A DNA stretch of 64,000 nt from Eledone cirrhosa (taxonomy: Eukaryota): positions 289,726,001 through 289,790,000 of the forward strand of contig OZ024741.1 of assembly GCA_964016885.1 (NCBI GenBank). The letters are read 5' to 3'. Of this stretch, positions 59,001 through 64,000 are shown piece after piece (within the stretch, counting starts at the first letter, position 1; each line of letters opens with the position of its first letter). The notes beneath the pieces are model-generated. The model worked only from the letters and a program-made list of their open reading frames with translations. It did no database searches and was not told the origin of the DNA. A program made the translations under genes and the position numbers.

Positions 59001-62000
59001 ATTGTTGTTACTGGTGTTGTTATTGTTGTTGCTTGTGTTGTTATTGTTGTTACTAGTGTTGTTATTGTTGTTACTGGTGTTGTTATTGTTGTTACTAGTG
59101 TTGTTATTGTTGTTGCTAGTGTTGTTATTGTTGTTACTTGTGTAGTTATTGTTGTTGCTAGTGTTGTTATTGTTGTTACTAGTGTTGTTATTGTTGTTAC
59201 TGGTGTTGTTATTGTTGTTACTAGTGTTGTTATTGTTGTTACTAGTGTTGTTATTGTTGTTACTTGTGTTGTTATTGTTTTTACTTGTGTTGTTATTGTT
59301 GTTGCTAGTGTTGTTATTGTTGTTACTTGTGTAGTTATTGTTGTTGCTAGTGTTGTTATTGTTGTTGCTAGTGTTGTTATTGTTGTTACTAGTGTTGTTA
59401 TTGTTGTTGTTAGTGTTGTTATTGTTGGTACTAGTGTTGTTATTGTTGTCACTAGTGTTGTTATTGTTGTTACCAGTGTTGTTATTGTTGTTACTAGTGT
59501 TGTTATTGTTGTTGTTAGTGTTGTTATTGTTGTTACTGGTGTTGTTATTGTTGTTACTAGTGTTGTTTTTGTAGTTACTTGTGTTGTTATTGTTGTTACT
59601 AGTGTTGTTATTGTTGTTACTAGTGTTGTTATTGTTGTTGCTAGTGTTGTTATTGTTGTTACTAGTGTTGTTATTGTTGTTGCTAGTGTTGTTATTGTTG
59701 TTACTTGTGTTGTTATTGTTGTTGCTAGTGTTGTTATTGTTGTTACTTGTGTTGTTATTGTTGTTGCTAGTGTTGTTATTGTTGTTACTAGTGTTGTTAT
59801 TGTTGGCACTGGTGTTGTTATTGTTATTGCTAGTGTTGTTATTGTTGTTGCTAGTGTTGTTATTGTTGTTACTAGTGTTGTTATTCTCGTTACTAGGGTT
59901 GTTATTGTTGTTGTTAGTGTTGTTATTGTTGTCACTAGTGTTGTTATTGTTGTTACTAGTGTTGTTATTGTTGTTACTAGTGTTGTTATTGTTGTTGATA
60001 GTGTTGTTATTGTTGTTGCTAGTGTTGTTATTGTTGTTACTAGTGTTGTTATTCTCGTTACTAGGGTTGTTATTGTTGTTGTTAGTGTTGTTATTGTTGT
60101 CACTAGTGTTGTTATTGTTGTTACTAGTGTTGTTATTGTTGTTACTAGTGTTGTTATTGTTGTTGCTAGTGTTGTTATTGTTGTTGCTAGTGTTGTTGTT
60201 GTTGTTAATGTTGTTATTGTTGTTGTTAGTGTTGTTATTGTTGTTACTAGTGTTGTTATTGTTGTTACTAGTGTTGTTATTGTTGTTGCTAGTGTTTTTA
60301 TTGTTGTTACTAGTGTTGTTATTGTTGTTACTAGTGTTGTTATTGTTGTTGTTAGTGTTGTTATTGTTGTTACTAGTGTTGTTATTGTTGTTGCTAGTGT
60401 TGTTATTGTTGTTACTAGTGTTGTTATTGTTGTTGCTAGTGTTGTTATTGTTGTTACTTGTGTTGTTATTGTTGTTGCTAGTGTTGTTATTGTTGTTACT
60501 TGTGTTGTTATTGTTGTTACTAGTGTTGTTATTGTTGTTACTAGTGCTGTTATTGTTGTTACTGGTGTTGTTATTGTTGTCACTAGTGTTGTTATTGTTG
60601 TTGCTAGTGTTGTTATTGTTGTTACTAGTGTTGTTATTGTTGTTGCTAGTGTTGTTATTGTTGTTACTAGTGTTGTTATTGTTGTTACTGCTGTTGTTAT
60701 TGTTGTCACTAGTGTTGTTATTGTTGTTGATAGTGTTGTTATTGTTGTTGCTAGTGTTGTTATTGTTGTTGCTAGTGTTGTTATTGTTGTTACTGGTGTT
60801 GTTATTGTTGTTACTAGTGTTGTTATTGTTGTTGTTAGTGTTGTTATTGTTGTTGCTAGTGTTGTTATTGTTGTTACTAGTGTTGTTATTGTTGTTACTG
60901 GTGTTGTTATTGTTGTTACTAGTGTTGTTATTGTTGTTACTGGTGTTGTTATTGTTGTTACTAGTGTTGTTATTGTTGTTGTTAGTCTTGTTATTGTTGT
61001 TACTAGTGTTGTTATTGTTGTTACTAGTGTTGTTATTGTTGTTGTTAGTGTTGTTATTGTTGTTACTAGTGTTGTTATTGTTGTTACTGGTGTTGTTATT
61101 GTTGTTACTAGTGTTGTTATTGTTGTTACTAGTGTTGTTATTGTTGTTACAAGTGTTGTTATTGTTGTTGCTAGTGTTGTTATTGTTGTTACTAGTGTTG
61201 TTATTGTTGTTGTTAGTGTTGTTATTGTTGGTACTAGTGTTGTTATTGTTGTCACTAGTGTTGTTATTGTTGTTACTAGTGTTGTTATTGTTGTTACAAG
61301 TGTTGTTATTGTTGTTGTTAGTGTTGTTATTGTTGTTACTAGTGTTGTTATTGTTGGTACTAGTGTTGTTATTGTTGTCACTAGTGTTGTTATTGTTGTC
61401 ACTAGTGCTGTTATTGTTGTTACTAGAGTTGTTATTGCTGTCACTAGTGTTGTTATTGTTGTTGTTAGTGTTGTTATTGTTGTCACTAGTGTTGTTATTG
61501 TTGTTACTAGTGTTGTTATTGTTGTTACAAGTGTTGTTATTGTTGTTGTTAGTGTTGTTATTGTTGTCACTAGTGTTGTTATTGTTGTTACTAGTGTTGT
61601 TATTGTTGTCACTAGTGTTGTTATTGTTGTCACTAGTGCTGTTATTGTTGTTACTAGAGTTGTTATTGTTGTCACTAGTGTTGTTATTGTTGTTACAAGT
61701 GTTGTTATTGTTGTTGCTAGTGTTGTTATTGTTGTTACTAGTGTTGTTATTGTTGTTACAAGTGTTGTTATTGTTGTTCCTAGTGTTGTTATTGTTGTTA
61801 CTAGTGTTGTTATTGTTGTTGTTAGTGTTGTTATTGTTGGTACTAGTGTTGTTATTGTTGTCACTAGTGTTGTTATTGTTGGTACTAGTGTTGTTATTGT
61901 TGTCACTAGTGTTGTTATTGTTGTTACTGGTGTTGTTATTGTTGTTACTAGTGTTGTTATTGTTGTCACTAGTGCTGTTATTGTTGTCACTAGTGTTGTT

Positions 62001-64000
62001 ATTGTTGTTACTAGTGTTGTTATTGTTGTTACTAGTGTTGTTATTGTTGTTGCTAGTGTTGTTATTGTTGTTACTAGTATTTTTATTGTTGTTACTTGTG
62101 TTGTTATTGTTGTTACTAGTGTTGTTATTGTTGTTACTAGTGCTGTTATTGTTGTTACTAGTGTTGTTATTGTTGTTGCTAGTGTTGTTATTGTTGTCAC
62201 TGGTGTTGTTATTGTTGTTACTAGTGTTGTTATTGTTGTTGCTAGTGTTGTTATTGTTGTCACTAGTGTTGTTATTGTTGTTGCTAGTGTTGTTATTGTT
62301 GTTACTAGTGTTGTTATTGTTGTTACTGGTGTTGTTATTGTTGTTACTAGTGTTGTTATTGTTGTCACTGGTGTTGTTATTGTTGTTACTAGTGTTGTTA
62401 TTGTTGTTGCTAGTGTTGTTATTGTTGTCACTAGTGTTGTTATTGTTGTTGCTAGTGTTGTTATTGTTGTTACTAGTGTTGTTATTGTTGTTACTGGTGT
62501 TGTTATTGTTGTCACTAGTGTTGTTATTGTTGTTGCTAGTGTTGTTATTATTGTTGCTAGTGTTGTTATTGTTGTTGCTAGTGTTGTTATTGTTGTTACT
62601 GGTGTTGTTATTGTTGTTACTAGTGTTGTTATTGTTGTTGCTACTGTTGTTATTGTTGTTACTAGTGTTGTTATTGTTGTTACTGGTGTTGTTATTGCTG
62701 TTAATAGTGTTGTTATTGTTGTTACTCGTGTTGTTATTGTTGTTACTGGTGTTGTTATTGTTGTCACTAGTGTTGTTATTGTTGTTGCTAGTGTTGTTAT
62801 TGTTGTTGCTAGTGTTGTTATTGTTGTTGCTAGTGTTGTTACTGTTGTTACTGGTGTTGTTTTTGTTGTTACTAGTGTTGTTATTGTTGTTGTTAGTGTT
62901 GTTATTGTCGTTGTTAGTGTTGTTATTGTTGTTACTGGTGTTGTTATTGTTGTTACTAGTGTTGTTATTGTTGTTACTAGTGTTGTTATTGTTGTTACTA
63001 GTGTTGTTATTGTTGTTACTAGTGTTGTTATTGTTGTTACTAGCGTTTTTATTGTTGTTACTAGTGTTGTTATTGTTGTTACTTATGTTGTTATTGTTGT
63101 CACTAGTGTTGTTATTGTTGTTACTTATGTTGTTATTGTTGTCACTAGTGTTGTTATTGTTGTTGCTAGTGTTGTTATTGTTGTTACTAGTGTTGTTATT
63201 GTTGTTGCTAGTGTTGTTATTGTTGTTGTTAGTGTTGTTATTGTTGGTACTAGTGTTGTTATTGTTGTTACTAGTGTTGTTATTGTTGTTACTGATGTTG
63301 TTATTGTTGTTACTAGTGTTGTTATTGTTGTTGCTAGTGTTGTTATTGTTGTTGCTAGTGTTGTTATTGTTGTTAATGGTGTTGTTATTGTTGTTACTAG
63401 TGTTGTTATTGTTGTTGCTAGTTTTGTTATTGTTGTTACTAGTGTTGTTATTGTTGTTACTGGTGTTGTTATTGTTGTTACTAGTGTTGTTATTGTTGTT
63501 GCTAGTTTTGTTATTGTTGTTACTAGTGTTGTTATTGTTGTTACTGGTGTTGTTATTGTTGTTACTAGTGTTGTTATTGTTGTTACTAGTGTTGTTATTG
63601 TTGGTACTAGTGTTGTTATTGTTGTCACTAGTGTTGTTATTGTTGTTGCTAGTTTTGTTATTGTTGTTACTAGTGTTGTTATTGTTGTTACTGGTGTTGT
63701 TATTGTTGTTACTAGTGTTGTTATTGTTGTTGTTAGTGTTGTTATTGTTGTTACTAGTGTTGTTATTGCTGTTACTGGTGTTGTTATTGTTGTTACTAGT
63801 GTTGTTATTGTTGTTACTGGTGTTGTTATTGTTGTTACTAGTGTTGTTATTGTTGTTACTAGTGTTGTTATTGTTGGTACTAGTGTTGTTATTGTTGTCA
63901 CTAGTGTTGTTATTGTTGTTGCTAGTTTTGTTATTGTTGTTACTAGTGTTGTTATTGTTGTTACTGGTGTTGTTATTGTTGTTACTAGTGTTGTTATTGT
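32011..64000. repeat. 21-bp satellite array GTTACTAGTGTTGTTATTGTT (at least 32 kb, ~1,520 units; runs off the window end)
   Basis: Starts from pure (GTT)n at 32011-32073; regular 21-mers with recurrent variants (gct, gtc, ggt, tgt, gttagt). Canonical units contain a SpeI site, ACTAGT. Confidence 0.99.

Noticed and set aside
31961-63901. Giant Thr-rich, Asn-rich, Val-rich and Leu-rich ORFs (mucin-like)
   Set aside because: Openness follows from the 21-bp unit lacking stops in four frames; starts are non-ATG; there is no signal peptide or unique domain; there are internal frameshifts and stops.

Overview
Eukaryotic, very AT-rich, microsatellite-saturated non-coding DNA. The SINE families and repeat landscape look like a coleoid cephalopod (Octopus-like) genome; this is inferred from recalled motifs, not from a database search. 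No credible protein-coding gene is visible, and every long ORF in the track is a translation of simple or tandem repeats. Left half (1-32 kb): a mosaic of (TA)n/(CA)n/(ATGT)n/triplet microsatellites, tRNA-derived SINEs (two with clear TSDs), a complete non-autonomous Helitron, hAT and mariner-type relics, an RTE LINE 3' end, an LTR-like segment, several fold-back elements and minisatellites. Right half (32-64 kb): one continuous 21-bp satellite (GTTACTAGTGTTGTTATTGTT, at least 1,500 units) with kilobase higher-order structure. The most interesting signal is a set of six minimal type-I hammerhead-ribozyme-like motifs in short, mostly microsatellite-associated, Penelope-like/retrozyme-like elements. 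It includes a tandem pair, 376 nt apart, whose catalytic core carries a compensatory U3-A8 swap in place of C3-G8.
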